Notes: generated by a model from the sequence alone, not told the origin. Counted from the first letter of the stretch, positions 1 through 8,945 are shown. The stretch is DNA of 55,701 bases from a virus (IMGVR_UViG_3300023269_000002:1-55701), one strand, 5' to 3'. Program-made: numbers and translations.

Positions 1-139
1 GGGCGGGCGGGTAGTGCTGCAACGGATTGTCGCCCGTGGCGTCGTGCACCACCAGCAGCACGCGCGGGCGGTTGCTCTTGAACGGGTCATCGCGCCGGGG
101 CACCACCCGCTGCCAGGTGGTGAGCACGTGGCGACCGTT
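1..139. repeat. Terminal direct repeat, left copy (circular assembly overlap)
   Basis: 1-126 is identical to 55565-55690 and 129-139 to 55691-55701; the right copy lacks CG at 127-128. Confidence 0.92.
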
Positions 140-430
140 GTCGTCGACCAGGACGTGCGCGTCCCGCAGGCCGTCGATCGCGGCCTTCAACGTGGGGGCG
201 ATGTTGTCCGCGTCGGTCACCTTGTTGTCGCCGGGGTACCAGATCAAGCCCAGCGTGACGCGGTCGAGCTGAGGCAGGCGGGCGGCGAGGGCGAGCACGT
301 TCGTGTCGTTGCGAATGAGCCTGGTCAGGCTGGCGCGCTCGCGCATGTGGTGCCGGTCGTTGAGCGTGATGGGCGGGCGAGGCCACGGCATCTGGATTGC
401 CCAGTCGGTCGGTCGCGGGGCGAGGTGCAC
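1..430 (-). CDS. rusA: RusA-like Holliday junction resolvase (5' part; continues across the junction to stop at 55512)
   Basis: Not in the ORF track; translated by hand from GTG 430: ...WYPGDNKVTDADNIAPTLKAAIDGLRDAHVLVDDNGRHV..., the RusA DxDN...K...DGL...DD pattern; AAGGGGG RBS upstream. Confidence 0.8.
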   Translation of the reverse strand, partial: MHLAPRPTDWAIQMPWPRPPITLNDRHHMRERASLTRLIRNDTNVLALAARLPQLDRVTLGLIWYPGDNKVTDADNIAPTLKAAIDGLRDAHVLVDDNGRHVLTTWQRVVPRRDDPFKSNRPRVLLVVHDATGDNPLQHYPPA

Positions 431-453
431 GACACCCCCTTCGGAGAGGGGTC

Positions 454-486
454 AGCCCCCCGTGCACGGTGGGTGACGGGGGGCTG
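454..486 (-). terminator. Hairpin after endolysin
   Basis: CAGCCCCCCGT...ACGGGGGGCTG inverted repeat just beyond the lysin stop; no clear U-tract. Confidence 0.5.
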
Positions 487-509
487 ACCGGGTGGACTGA
501 CGGGCTAGG

Positions 510-1613
510 TCACGCCCCGCCGGTCGGCTTCTGCCGGAACGAGATCGTGCCCGCGACGGACACGAACGCGTTGATCATGTCCTGCACGCTGATCTGCGGG
601 GGCAGCTTGTCGGCCAGCTTCTCCGCCAGCTCGGACACGTCGATGTCGCCGGTCGCCAGCCCCTGCAGGATCGCGATGATGGCCTCGTCGCGCACGCGGT
701 CGGCGTCGTCGCGGGCCCGCTCGTCGACGTCGCGCTTCTGCTCGGCGACGGCGAGGTCCGCGAGCACCGTGGCCTGCAGGCGGTTGGACGCGATGAACTG
801 CTCGACGCGTGCGCGCAGGCTCATCACGTGACCGACCACGTCGTCCGCCTGGTCGATGGCGCGCGGCCGCTCGTCATCGGGGATGCGGTAGTTCGTCGTG
901 ACCTTGCGGGCCCCGGCGAGCAGGACGTCCAGGTCTTCCTGGCTGATGTTCGGCATGTCGTCGCTACCTCCGATGATGAGGTCGGCCATCGACCGACCTC
1001 GCAGTGTCACGTTCTTGTCGACCCGGTCCGGGATGCCGGGCACGATGCCGCTCGACGTGTGCTGGTGCAGCGCGTCGTTCGGGTGGTCCCAGCCCTGCAG
1101 GTTGCCGGGCTGGCCGTTGTAGAGGGCGATCCAGAGGAGCACGTTCTCGTCGGCCCACAGGTCCGGGTCGATCCAGCCGTCCTGCCACCAGGACAGGGAG
1201 CCGTAGACCAGGTGCCGGAGGACGCCCGTCTCCTCGCGCACCACGCGGATGTGCTCGGCGATGTGCGCGTTCAGGGTCTGGGGGTTCGGCCAGACCAGGC
1301 CGCCACCCTCCCAGTTCTCGGCGTCGTACATCGGGGCGAGCGCGTCCTCGGCGAACGCGCCGAGCGGGCGGGCGTTCGCGACGAAGTAGCTGGCCTGCCG
1401 TGCGGCCGACACCCTCGGGTCGCCGAAGTGGTAGCCGCCGGGGGCGACCCCCACAGACCGGGCCCCGGCGAACTGTGCCGCGGCGAGCGGGTTCAGGTAG
1501 TTGACCTGCTGGCTGACCTTGATGCTCGCGCCCTTGATGCCGTCGCGGGCGACCTGCGCCCAGTCGCGCACCTCGTTGTAAACGCTGATGTCGATCAGGT
1601 GGTCGACGTCCAT
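510..1613 (-). CDS. Endolysin, GH25 muramidase with helical C-terminal region
   Basis: IDIS(V)YN...KVSQ...GGYHF...YDAE...LWIALY...HQHTSSGIVPGI..VDKN fits the GH25 pattern; ATG 1613 follows AGAGGA. Confidence 0.85.
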   Translation of the reverse strand: MDVDHLIDISVYNEVRDWAQVARDGIKGASIKVSQQVNYLNPLAAAQFAGARSVGVAPGGYHFGDPRVSAARQASYFVANARPLGAFAEDALAPMYDAENWEGGGLVWPNPQTLNAHIAEHIRVVREETGVLRHLVYGSLSWWQDGWIDPDLWADENVLLWIALYNGQPGNLQGWDHPNDALHQHTSSGIVPGIPDRVDKNVTLRGRSMADLIIGGSDDMPNISQEDLDVLLAGARKVTTNYRIPDDERPRAIDQADDVVGHVMSLRARVEQFIASNRLQATVLADLAVAEQKRDVDERARDDADRVRDEAIIAILQGLATGDIDVSELAEKLADKLPPQISVQDMINAFVSVAGTISFRQKPTGGA

Positions 1614-1702
1614 GCGGGTTCCTCTCTGCGGTCGGGGGCGCACAGCCCCCGCGGGCTGGGGGGTGGCACCAGGGGAGGGTGCCGTCCCGCGGGGGCGTGC
1701 GG

Positions 1703-2440
1703 TCAGAACCCCTCGGGCATCTTGCGGATGCTCTGCCCGTGGGTGGCCACGACCTCGGCCCCGGCGAACAGGCGCTGAACGGTGCGCTGCTCGTAGCGCG
1801 CCTTGATCTCGTCCGGGGTGAGGTTCGTCGTCAGCACGATGGGAAGCTGCGCGTTCGCGCGGGCGTTGGCCAGCATGAACAACTGGTCGGACTCCCACTC
1901 CGTCAGGCGTTCGGTGCCGAGGTCGTCGAGCACGAGCACGGGCGGCACCGAGTAGGCCACCAGGTCGACGGACTCGTTACCGGGGCGCAGCGACTGCAGC
2001 ATCTCGTTCACCGCCATGAACCGCACGGGCACCGGCAGGGTGCCGGGCCCGGTCGGGTCGTGCGGTGCGGGGGCCCCGCGCAGCAGGAGTTCGCGGGCGA
2101 CGGCGGCAGCGATCCAGGTCTTGCCCGTGCCGACCGGGCCCATGATGGCCAGGGGTCGGCGGATGCCGCGCCGGTACTCGTCGCACCAGCCGAACGCCTT
2201 CCGGCCCTCGGCCGTGTTCGGGAACGTCGCATCCCGGTAGAGCGCGGGCAGCGTCGACAGCATGATCTCGGCCTTCGCCCGCTGCCACTCGCCGAAGGCG
2301 CGCGCCTCCTCGCTGCGCCTCTCCGCTTCGGTCAGGCGGGGCAGCTTGCGCGGGTCTAGGCCGCGGGACCGAAACCCCTGCGCCATCAGGCCGTGCGCGA
2401 GCTTGCCCACCCGGTCGTCAAGGCGGTCGCTGTCCTCCAT
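1703..2440 (-). CDS. DnaC/IstB-like AAA+ helicase loader
   Basis: Walker A GPVGTGKT, Walker B VLVLDDLG and TTN sensor; start chosen at the leaderless ATG 2440 (alternative 2488). Confidence 0.88.
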   Translation of the reverse strand: MEDSDRLDDRVGKLAHGLMAQGFRSRGLDPRKLPRLTEAERRSEEARAFGEWQRAKAEIMLSTLPALYRDATFPNTAEGRKAFGWCDEYRRGIRRPLAIMGPVGTGKTWIAAAVARELLLRGAPAPHDPTGPGTLPVPVRFMAVNEMLQSLRPGNESVDLVAYSVPPVLVLDDLGTERLTEWESDQLFMLANARANAQLPIVLTTNLTPDEIKARYEQRTVQRLFAGAEVVATHGQSIRKMPEGF

Positions 2441-2446
2441 GCGCCA

Positions 2447-2475
2447 ACCGTACCCCCAACCGTTAGGGGGTGCAA
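2447..2475 (-). promoter_or_regulatory. Operator-spacer promoter (variant) for the dnaC-like gene
   Basis: TTGCAC-CCCCTAACGGTTGGGGG(17)-TACGGT-6 nt-ATG. Confidence 0.7.
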
Positions 2476-2480
2476 CTAGG

Positions 2481-3401
2481 TCAGACATCGGCGACCCGCT
2501 CGAGGAAGGCGGCCTCGAGGTCCGCGTCGAACCCGTCGAAACGGTGCGTCTCCGCCAGCTCGCCCCAGACCGGTGCCTCATTCGGCAGCGCCGGAGCCAT
2601 GCCGGGGGCCCGACCGGGCTGCTGCCTGCGTCCGCCGTTGCGCTCGAACTTGAGCTGCTGGCCGAGGTTCGCCCACTCGGTACCGCCCAGCACGACAGCC
2701 GCGGCGAGGAGTTCCTCGACCGACGCCTGCCCGGAGTTCAGGATCTGCGCGGCATCGCGGCCGACCCGCCCCCGGTCGGCCTTGAGCGGCTCGCGGTCGG
2801 CGTGCTTCTCCCGGTAGGCGACGACGTAGGCAGCGACCACGTCCCCAGCGCCCTTCGGTCGGTCGGGCTTCGGCGGGCGAGGGACGTCGAACAAGGCTTC
2901 CTGCGGCACGGGGTCCTCCTGGGTGAGGTCGACTTCCGGAGCTGCGAGCGGCGGCGAAGCGCCGCCTCCCCCGGAGGGGGTTTTAGAAGGGTGTTCAGGG
3001 AAGGACGTTCTAGGGACAACAGTGTCCGCCCGTGGCGCAGGATTTGTCCGCCCGTGGCGAGGGCGATTTCCGCCCGTCTCGCAGCGCCCGGACACTGATG
3101 TCCGCCCGTTCTGACCTGCCATTTTCGGAAGGCGGTACAGGTGCGGTCGCCGGTCGCCGCGGGTGAAGTTCGTGCCTCCGCCGTGGCGGATCATCTGCAG
3201 CTCGCCGAGTTCGATCAGGTCGTCGACCAGTCGGCGCACGGTCCGAACGTCCACGCGCACCATGCGCGCGATGGTCTCCTGCTTCGGCCACGCGTTCTCA
3301 CCCTGAGCGTCGGCAGCATCGGCGATGGCGAGCAGCACGAGGCGCGCGTTCCCCTTCGCTTCGCTGTGCTCCCACACCCACGAGCTTGCCTGGACGCTCA
3401 C
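2481..3401 (-). CDS. Replication initiator (lambda O-like, N-terminal winged HTH)
   Basis: ARLVLLAIADAAD...AWPKQETIARMV...RTVRR...L.ELG HTH; lies upstream of the DnaC-like gene; has internal iterons; GTGA overlap with the upstream gene. Confidence 0.8.
   Translation of the reverse strand: MSVQASSWVWEHSEAKGNARLVLLAIADAADAQGENAWPKQETIARMVRVDVRTVRRLVDDLIELGELQMIRHGGGTNFTRGDRRPHLYRLPKMAGQNGRTSVSGRCETGGNRPRHGRTNPAPRADTVVPRTSFPEHPSKTPSGGGGASPPLAAPEVDLTQEDPVPQEALFDVPRPPKPDRPKGAGDVVAAYVVAYREKHADREPLKADRGRVGRDAAQILNSGQASVEELLAAAVVLGGTEWANLGQQLKFERNGGRRQQPGRAPGMAPALPNEAPVWGELAETHRFDGFDADLEAAFLERVADV
3023..3109. repeat. Four iteron-like direct repeats, candidate origin
   Basis: T(G/T)TCCGCCCGT at 3023, 3045, 3067 and 3099. 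Confidence 0.75.
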
Positions 3402-4138
3402 GCGTTGCCCTCGAGCTGCAGCAGCGCCTCGTCGAGGGCCCACGTCGGGTAGACGTTGATCTGCCCGAACGTGGCGTCCTGCCGCTTCCGCGGCTCCTCG
3501 CCCTCGGCGCGCATGGCCGCAGTTGCCGCCTTGCCCAACCGGATGAGGTACGGCCGGTCGGTCCGGAGCTTGTGCAGCTTCGCGTAGCCGAGCGCGGCGA
3601 ACTCGTCGTAGTGCCCCTCGATCGCGTCCAGCCGGGCAGAGGTCTCGCCCGCCTGGCGCACGGCCAAGGCGGCAGTCTCCTGCACCCGCTTCAACTCCTG
3701 AGCGGAGGCAATGATCATGTCCAGCGTCGAGAGCTGGGCAGGGATGGCGACCTCGGCCTGCATCGTGCGCGCCACGAAGTACGCCTGCGCGTCGGCGATC
3801 TCCTGCTTCCGCGGGTCGCCGTTCATGGCCACCAGGTAGGCAGCTTGGCGGGTGAGCTGGACGTCCTCCTGCGGGTTGCCGCCACCATGGGCCCGCGGCA
3901 CCACCTTCGCGGAGGCGCGAAACTGGCTGGTCACATCCATCCCGGTGTTCCGGGCTGCGATCTTCGCGCGCTCGATCGCGTCCGCGAAGCGCTCCCAGCG
4001 CCCGTAGCCCATCAGCGGACAGAGGTCGCGGGCCGACCAGAACTCGGTGCCGTCGGGGCGGTGCTGCCGAAGGGCGTCGAAGGGCGAGCCGGTTTCGTAG
4101 CTGCGCCGGACATCGGGTAGGGTGCTCAACGAGCACAC
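3398..4138 (-). CDS. BRO-N/DinD-like antirepressor-type protein
   Basis: SPFDAL...EFWSARDL..LMGY.RW..F..AIERAK...LTR.AAYLVAMNGDPRK.EIA.AQ.YF; start could be TTG 4129. Confidence 0.8.
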   Translation of the reverse strand: MCSLSTLPDVRRSYETGSPFDALRQHRPDGTEFWSARDLCPLMGYGRWERFADAIERAKIAARNTGMDVTSQFRASAKVVPRAHGGGNPQEDVQLTRQAAYLVAMNGDPRKQEIADAQAYFVARTMQAEVAIPAQLSTLDMIIASAQELKRVQETAALAVRQAGETSARLDAIEGHYDEFAALGYAKLHKLRTDRPYLIRLGKAATAAMRAEGEEPRKRQDATFGQINVYPTWALDEALLQLEGNA

Positions 4139-4266
4139 CCCCTTTCCTGTTCAGGGTGTCTCCAAGGGTCCGGACGTCGTCAGCGTCGCGGGCCCTTTAC
4201 TTTGCCTGCCGAACTTATCATGACCGATCTCGCATCCCCTGGACCGGCGCTGTACGCTCCGTCTGC

Positions 4267-4285
4267 ACCCCCTCGGATAGGGGGT
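4267..4285. promoter_or_regulatory. Operator palindrome variant
   Basis: ACCCCCT-CGGAT-AGGGGGT in the intergenic region. Confidence 0.65.
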
Positions 4286-4397
4286 GTGGTTGCTGGAACT
4301 GCAGTGCGAAGGTCGGAGCCCGTCCCCGCGGGCGGCGAGCGGTCAGCGGTGGATCACGCTGGCCGCTTGTTCCGTCTCTGACCTGCGAAGACTTACG

Positions 4398-4424
4398 CAA
4401 TACCCCCTCTGACAGGGGGTATTG
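4398..4424. promoter_or_regulatory. Operator palindrome variant with extended arms
   Basis: CAATACCCCCT-CTGAC-AGGGGGTATTG. Confidence 0.7.
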
Positions 4425-4425
4425 T

Positions 4426-4785
4426 TCAGCCGAGGATGCGGTACCCGCCCTCGTCGTCGAGCAGCAGCCAAGCGTCGTCGTATCGCCGGTACGGCCACGT
4501 GCCCGCGATGTCCACGTTCTTCGGGAGCAGCAGGCCGCGCCCCTCTGCCCAAGTGCGTCGCCCGTGCACCGACGCGGGCCCGCCGTTGTGGATGATCGGG
4601 TCGAGTGCCAGCAGGTTTGTCAGCCAGTCCCGGTCGGGGCGGCTCGTTCCGCCCATGCCCTTGTTCCGCCTGTGGTGGGCGTCGAAGGTCTCCGGGTCCA
4701 GCGGACGGCCGGACGCCTCGCATCGCCCTCCGCTGCGCGTCCAGAGCTTCTCGCGCAGGTCGGCCCAGTTGACGCGTGGTGGCAT
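4426..4785 (-). CDS. HNH endonuclease-like protein
   Basis: RCE.SG...DAHHRR.KGMGG...NLLALD..IH...VH; GAGGGAG RBS. Confidence 0.75.
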   Translation of the reverse strand: MPPRVNWADLREKLWTRSGGRCEASGRPLDPETFDAHHRRNKGMGGTSRPDRDWLTNLLALDPIIHNGGPASVHGRRTWAEGRGLLLPKNVDIAGTWPYRRYDDAWLLLDDEGGYRILG

Positions 4786-4803
4786 GTGCGTTGCTCCCTC
4801 GGG

Positions 4804-4833
4804 TTGCGTACCCCCCATCATAGGGGGTAAGGT
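4804..4833 (+). promoter_or_regulatory. Operator-spacer promoter at the divergent switch
   Basis: TTGCGT-ACCCCCCATCATAGGGGG(18)-TAAGGT upstream of the RHH gene. Confidence 0.75.
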
Positions 4834-4868
4834 CGGTGCAGTCGAGAACGAGAGGAGGGCACGAGCCC

Positions 4869-5222
4869 GTGGCACTGAAGCCCCCAGACGCGCCAGCCCT
4901 GCAGCGCGTCGAGGTAGAGATCCTGGACCGCGTCTACAGGGCAGCGCTTGCTGTCGCCGTGAGCCGGGGCGACCAGCTCTCGGCAGTGGCGCGGCAGATC
5001 ATGCACCGTGCCGACGAACCCGAGTACGCGTTCATGCTGAAGCACCTGCCCGCGGCCGACCGCGGGCCCGACGACACCCGCCGGAAGTTCCGCTTCGGGA
5101 TGCCGCGCGACCAGTACGGCGAGATGAAGGCCCTTGTCGGTGCCGCCGGGCAGAGTGTCGCCCGGTGGATCGAGTACAACCTCGAGCGCTACGCGGACCC
5201 GGACAAGCCGGGCAAGGTCTGA
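4869..5222 (+). CDS. Putative tandem ribbon-helix-helix DNA-binding regulator
   Basis: Two strand-helix-G-helix units: QRVEVEILDRVYRAALAVAVSRGDQLSAVARQIM and RKFRFGMPRDQYGEMKALVGAAGQSVARWIEYNLERY; GGAGG RBS before GTG 4869. Confidence 0.65.
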   Translation: MALKPPDAPALQRVEVEILDRVYRAALAVAVSRGDQLSAVARQIMHRADEPEYAFMLKHLPAADRGPDDTRRKFRFGMPRDQYGEMKALVGAAGQSVARWIEYNLERYADPDKPGKV

Positions 5223-5259
5223 CCTCCGCCCCACCCGTCTACCAGCAAGGGAACCCCCG

Positions 5260-6525
5260 ATGACTGCCCCCACTTCCGGCGCGCCGGTCGTGCCGCCGGC
5301 CAACGCCCGCCCGACGACCGCCACCCAGAAGGCCGACCTTGCCCTCGACCGGCTCGACGACCTCGAGCGCACCCTCGCCGCCGGCGGTCCCGCCGTCGGC
5401 GAGGGCGTGCCCGCCGGTACGCCGGAGATGGTCCAGCAGGTGCGGGCGCTCGACACCGACCTGAGCGCGCTCGCCGACGCGTTCAACGGACTGGCGGGGC
5501 GCGTCGACGCGCTGCAGCCCGACGGCCTCGAGAAGCTGCGCGAGGACATCCGGAGCACGCTCGCCGAGCTGCGCGCCAACACGGCCGAGGTGATCGGCGG
5601 CGACGTCGAAAAGCTGAACCGCGAGCAGACCGAACTCGACAAGGACGTCCAGCACCTGCGCGAGGAGCACGGCAGCTACGGCAGGGCGCTCGACGCGCTG
5701 ACGAAGAGGCTGGCCGAGGTCGAGCGTAGGCCGGTCGCCGTCGCGGGCGAGGTCGTAACCCTCGAGGACGGCACGCCCCGCGGTGCGCTGCGCAAGTTCC
5801 TCGCCCTGATGAACACCGTCGACAGCCTGGGCAAGGACAAGACGGCTGACGCGAAGATGGGCGGCTACGCGTTCCGCTCGATTGATGCGGCCATGGACGC
5901 GGTCGGCCACGGGATGCGCTCGGTCGGGTTGATCATGCGCTCCGAGGTGATCGACCACGCCGAGACGAAGACCGTCATCGGCGAGCGGGTCTGGACCAGC
6001 GTCGTCGCCCGCATGAGGTACGTGTTCGTCGACCCGGACGACGGCTCCGAGCACGGCGTCGAGATGGTCGGCGAGGGCCGCGACCTCGGCGACAAGGCCA
6101 CCAGCAAGGCCGTCAGCATGGCGCTGAAGTACGGCCTGCTGCAGTCGCTGTGCATCCCGTTCAACGCCCCGGAGTCCGACGGCGAGACCACGCCGCCGAT
6201 CGAGCGCCCGGAGCCCCGGCGGCAGGCGCAGCAGCGCCCCGCCCAGCAGGCCGAGCACGCGCCGGAACCGCCGGACGACACCCCGTCGCGCGAAGACCTG
6301 CAGGCCTCCGTCGAGGACGAGAAGAACGCGCAGGCGTTGCGCGCGGTGCAGGCAATCGACGCGCTCGGCCAGTTGTTCCCGCACGACCAGCCGACGCGCC
6401 TGCAGGCCATCGAGAAGCGCTGCCGCGAGCTGGGCATCGGGCACGTCGTGATCCGGGGCAGCACCGTCGCGCAGCACGTGCTCGGCGCGCGGGCGACCCT
6501 GCCGACGCCTGACGGGGGGTGGTGA
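5260..6525 (+). CDS. ERF-family ssDNA-annealing protein with N-terminal coiled coil
   Basis: GYAFRSID...Y.FVDPDDGS...GEGRD.GDKATSKAVSMALKY.LLQ.LCIP, the ERF signature. Confidence 0.85.
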   Translation: MTAPTSGAPVVPPANARPTTATQKADLALDRLDDLERTLAAGGPAVGEGVPAGTPEMVQQVRALDTDLSALADAFNGLAGRVDALQPDGLEKLREDIRSTLAELRANTAEVIGGDVEKLNREQTELDKDVQHLREEHGSYGRALDALTKRLAEVERRPVAVAGEVVTLEDGTPRGALRKFLALMNTVDSLGKDKTADAKMGGYAFRSIDAAMDAVGHGMRSVGLIMRSEVIDHAETKTVIGERVWTSVVARMRYVFVDPDDGSEHGVEMVGEGRDLGDKATSKAVSMALKYGLLQSLCIPFNAPESDGETTPPIERPEPRRQAQQRPAQQAEHAPEPPDDTPSREDLQASVEDEKNAQALRAVQAIDALGQLFPHDQPTRLQAIEKRCRELGIGHVVIRGSTVAQHVLGARATLPTPDGGW

Positions 6526-6526
6526 C

Positions 6527-7378
6527 GTGGGCGACTACGCGGACGCCGAAGTCGCCCGCCACTCCGACCCGGACATGGGCGGTCTCGGCGAGCGCTTCTA
6601 CCGGCGCTCCTCCGCCAGCACGGTCCCGCTGCCGGATGAACCGCCGTGGGACCTGCCCGACGACAGCCTCGCCACGGTCGTCGAGGACGACCCGTTCCGG
6701 ATCGAACCCGACAACACGGCGCGCGACATCGCGCAGAAGATCGCGACGAAGTACAGCGGCCGCGGCGAGGAGCTGCTCGCGCTGCACGGGCACACCAACT
6801 GCGCCCAGCTCAAGCGCGTGCAGTACCTGCCCGCCGACGCAAAGTACCCGGAGACCGCGCGGTGCGGGTGCAAGGTGCTCGTGACCGAGGGCGAGCCGCT
6901 CGGCGTGCAAGGGGAGACCGACCTCGTTCCGGCGATGGCCAACGGCGAGGCTGCGGTCGCGGGGCGCAAGACCTACCACCCGGACGACCCGATCGCGGCG
7001 ACCATCGCGCTGATCGATCCGACGAAGGTCTACACCCCGGAGGAGATCGAGCGGCAGATCCTGGACTGTGCCGCTCGCCTCGAGCGGGGCGCGCACTTCG
7101 AGCGGGCCGCCCTCGAGGAGGAAGGCCGAACCGAGCTGCTCTGGTCCAACGCCTACGACCTCGCCGTCCTGAACTCCGACAAGGGCGCAGCGGACACCCG
7201 CAAGGCGGACGCGATGGTCGAGACCCGCGAGCTGCACGACGCCTTCATCAACGCCCGCATGGTGCGCAAGGCCATCCAGTCCACGATGCACAACCTGCGG
7301 TCGGTGCTCTCCGGCTACCAGTCGGTAGGCAAGTCGATCGCGAACACCTACGGCGCAGCGAACACGCAGCACCGCTGA
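6527..7378 (+). CDS. Hypothetical protein; C-terminal helical domain possibly a recombination mediator
   Basis: Coupled to ERF; long amphipathic helices; function is a guess. Confidence 0.65.
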   Translation: MGDYADAEVARHSDPDMGGLGERFYRRSSASTVPLPDEPPWDLPDDSLATVVEDDPFRIEPDNTARDIAQKIATKYSGRGEELLALHGHTNCAQLKRVQYLPADAKYPETARCGCKVLVTEGEPLGVQGETDLVPAMANGEAAVAGRKTYHPDDPIAATIALIDPTKVYTPEEIERQILDCAARLERGAHFERAALEEEGRTELLWSNAYDLAVLNSDKGAADTRKADAMVETRELHDAFINARMVRKAIQSTMHNLRSVLSGYQSVGKSIANTYGAANTQHR

Positions 7379-7401
7379 CCCATCCAGAAGGGACCGACCC
7401 C

Positions 7402-7845
7402 TTGAAGTACGACCGACGCGCCCTCATCAAGGCCGCCGAGCAGGCGCTCTCCGAGGAGAAGGCGCACCACGTCCGCAAGGTCACCGACCAGGCGGACGAG
7501 TTCGCCCAGGCGCGAGTGCAGTGGATGGCCGCGCACGGCGAGGAGTGGCTCGAGACGCTGACCCGCCTGCGCAGGCAGCTCCGGAACGGCCAGCCGATCC
7601 GCGAAGCGGACCTGCCCGCAGACCGGAGCAGCCGCGGCTACCGCCGGACGGCGACCTTCGACGTCGCCACCCCGAAGCCGTTCGCCGACTACGAGCCGTC
7701 GCGTGAGCTGACCTCGTTCGTCCGCCTGCTCGGCACCGTGGTCGACGACCAGGTCTCGTCGGCTTCACTGCAGGAGATCGGCATCAGCCGCGCCGCCCTC
7801 CGCCAGGTCGTCGACAAGCTGGCTCCGAACACGATTCGGACCTGA
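7402..7845 (+). CDS. Hypothetical protein
   Basis: TTG start after AAGGGA; MKYDRRAL...; GC-rich third codon positions. Confidence 0.7.
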   Translation: MKYDRRALIKAAEQALSEEKAHHVRKVTDQADEFAQARVQWMAAHGEEWLETLTRLRRQLRNGQPIREADLPADRSSRGYRRTATFDVATPKPFADYEPSRELTSFVRLLGTVVDDQVSSASLQEIGISRAALRQVVDKLAPNTIRT

Positions 7846-7849
7846 CGCG

Positions 7850-7999
7850 ATGGGCTGGAAAAAGGGTCACGAGAACGAGCACCTGCCGGGCGTGCCCGTC
7901 TGCTCGCAGTGCGGGAACCACGTGCCCAGCGAAGGTCACGACCAGACGTGCGATTTCCACCCGGACAACGTGGCGCACAGCCGCGAGCACGACTCCTGA
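7850..7999 (+). CDS. Small Cys/His-rich protein (49 aa)
   Basis: Not in the track; MGWKKGHENEHLPGVPVCSQCGNH...H...C; fills a gap in the operon. Confidence 0.5.
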   Translation: MGWKKGHENEHLPGVPVCSQCGNHVPSEGHDQTCDFHPDNVAHSREHDS

Positions 8000-8051
8000 C
8001 CGCACCGCGGTCGACTCATCCACAGACCTATCCACAGGAGGTGCACAGCCG

Positions 8052-8432
8052 ATGGGCTGGTGCAGCGCAACCGAGATCATCGACAACGCCCTCGAGGCCG
8101 CCGAGCGCGTCGTCGCGGCCGCGTGGCAGATCGCCAGCGGCAACGAGGACGCCCGCACGCCGGAGTTCGCGAACGCGCTCAACGCGGACCCGGCGCTGCG
8201 CGGCAAGCTCGACGACATCCTCCGACCGTTCGTGGTCAAGATCGCCACGAAGCTCCGCGACGAGGACTGGGACTGCGAGCAGGACTCGGACTACTTCGAC
8301 CGGTTCCCGCAGGAGCTGACCGGGTGGACCGACACCGAGTACGCCGAGTGGCTCACGGAGCAGATCGCCGACGACCCGCTCAAGGCGGCGAAGTACACCG
8401 ACCGTCTTCACGTTCTGCAGATGAAGGGCTGA
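8052..8432 (+). CDS. Hypothetical protein
   Basis: AGGAGG RBS; operon context. Confidence 0.75.
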   Translation: MGWCSATEIIDNALEAAERVVAAAWQIASGNEDARTPEFANALNADPALRGKLDDILRPFVVKIATKLRDEDWDCEQDSDYFDRFPQELTGWTDTEYAEWLTEQIADDPLKAAKYTDRLHVLQMKG

Positions 8433-8435
8433 CCA

Positions 8436-8945
8436 GTGGCAGGCGAAACGACCATCACCATCGCGGGGAACCTGACCGCCGACCCGGAGCTGCGCTACAC
8501 CGCGTCCGGCGCGGGCGTCGCCAGCTTCACCGTCGCCAGCACGCCGCGCAGCTACAACAAGCAGACGCAGGCCTGGGAGGACGGGCAGGCGCTGTTCCTC
8601 CGGTGCAACGTCTGGCGGCAGGTGGCCGAGAACGTCGCCGAGTCCCTCACCCGCGGCTCGCGGGTGCTCGTGACCGGCACGCTCAAGCAGCGCAGCTTCG
8701 AGACCAAAGAGGGCGAGAAGCGCACGGTCATCGAGCTGGACGTCGAGGAGATCGGCCCGTCGCTGAAGTACGCCACGGCGAAGGTCCAGAAGGTCTCGCG
8801 CTCCGGGGGTGGTGGTGCCCAGGGGGGAGGCAGCGCGGGTGCGTCCGGGTCGGCAACGCGATCGTCTGCACCCGCTGACGACCCGTGGGCGTCCTCGCCC
8901 GCTCCGGCCGGACGTGGCGGGTTCGCCGACGAGCCGCCGTTCTGA
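8436..8945 (+). CDS. ssb: Single-stranded DNA-binding protein (actinobacterial type)
   Basis: [22 protein letters not shown]...[14 protein letters not shown]...GPSLKYA with acidic DEPPF tail. Confidence 0.97.
   Translation: MAGETTITIAGNLTADPELRYTASGAGVASFTVASTPRSYNKQTQAWEDGQALFLRCNVWRQVAENVAESLTRGSRVLVTGTLKQRSFETKEGEKRTVIELDVEEIGPSLKYATAKVQKVSRSGGGGAQGGGSAGASGSATRSSAPADDPWASSPAPAGRGGFADEPPF

Noticed and set aside
280-300. Apparent frameshift in the RusA-like gene
   Set aside because: Re-reading gives GTG CTC GCC CTC GCC GCC in frame; the gene is intact and only missed because it crosses the junction.
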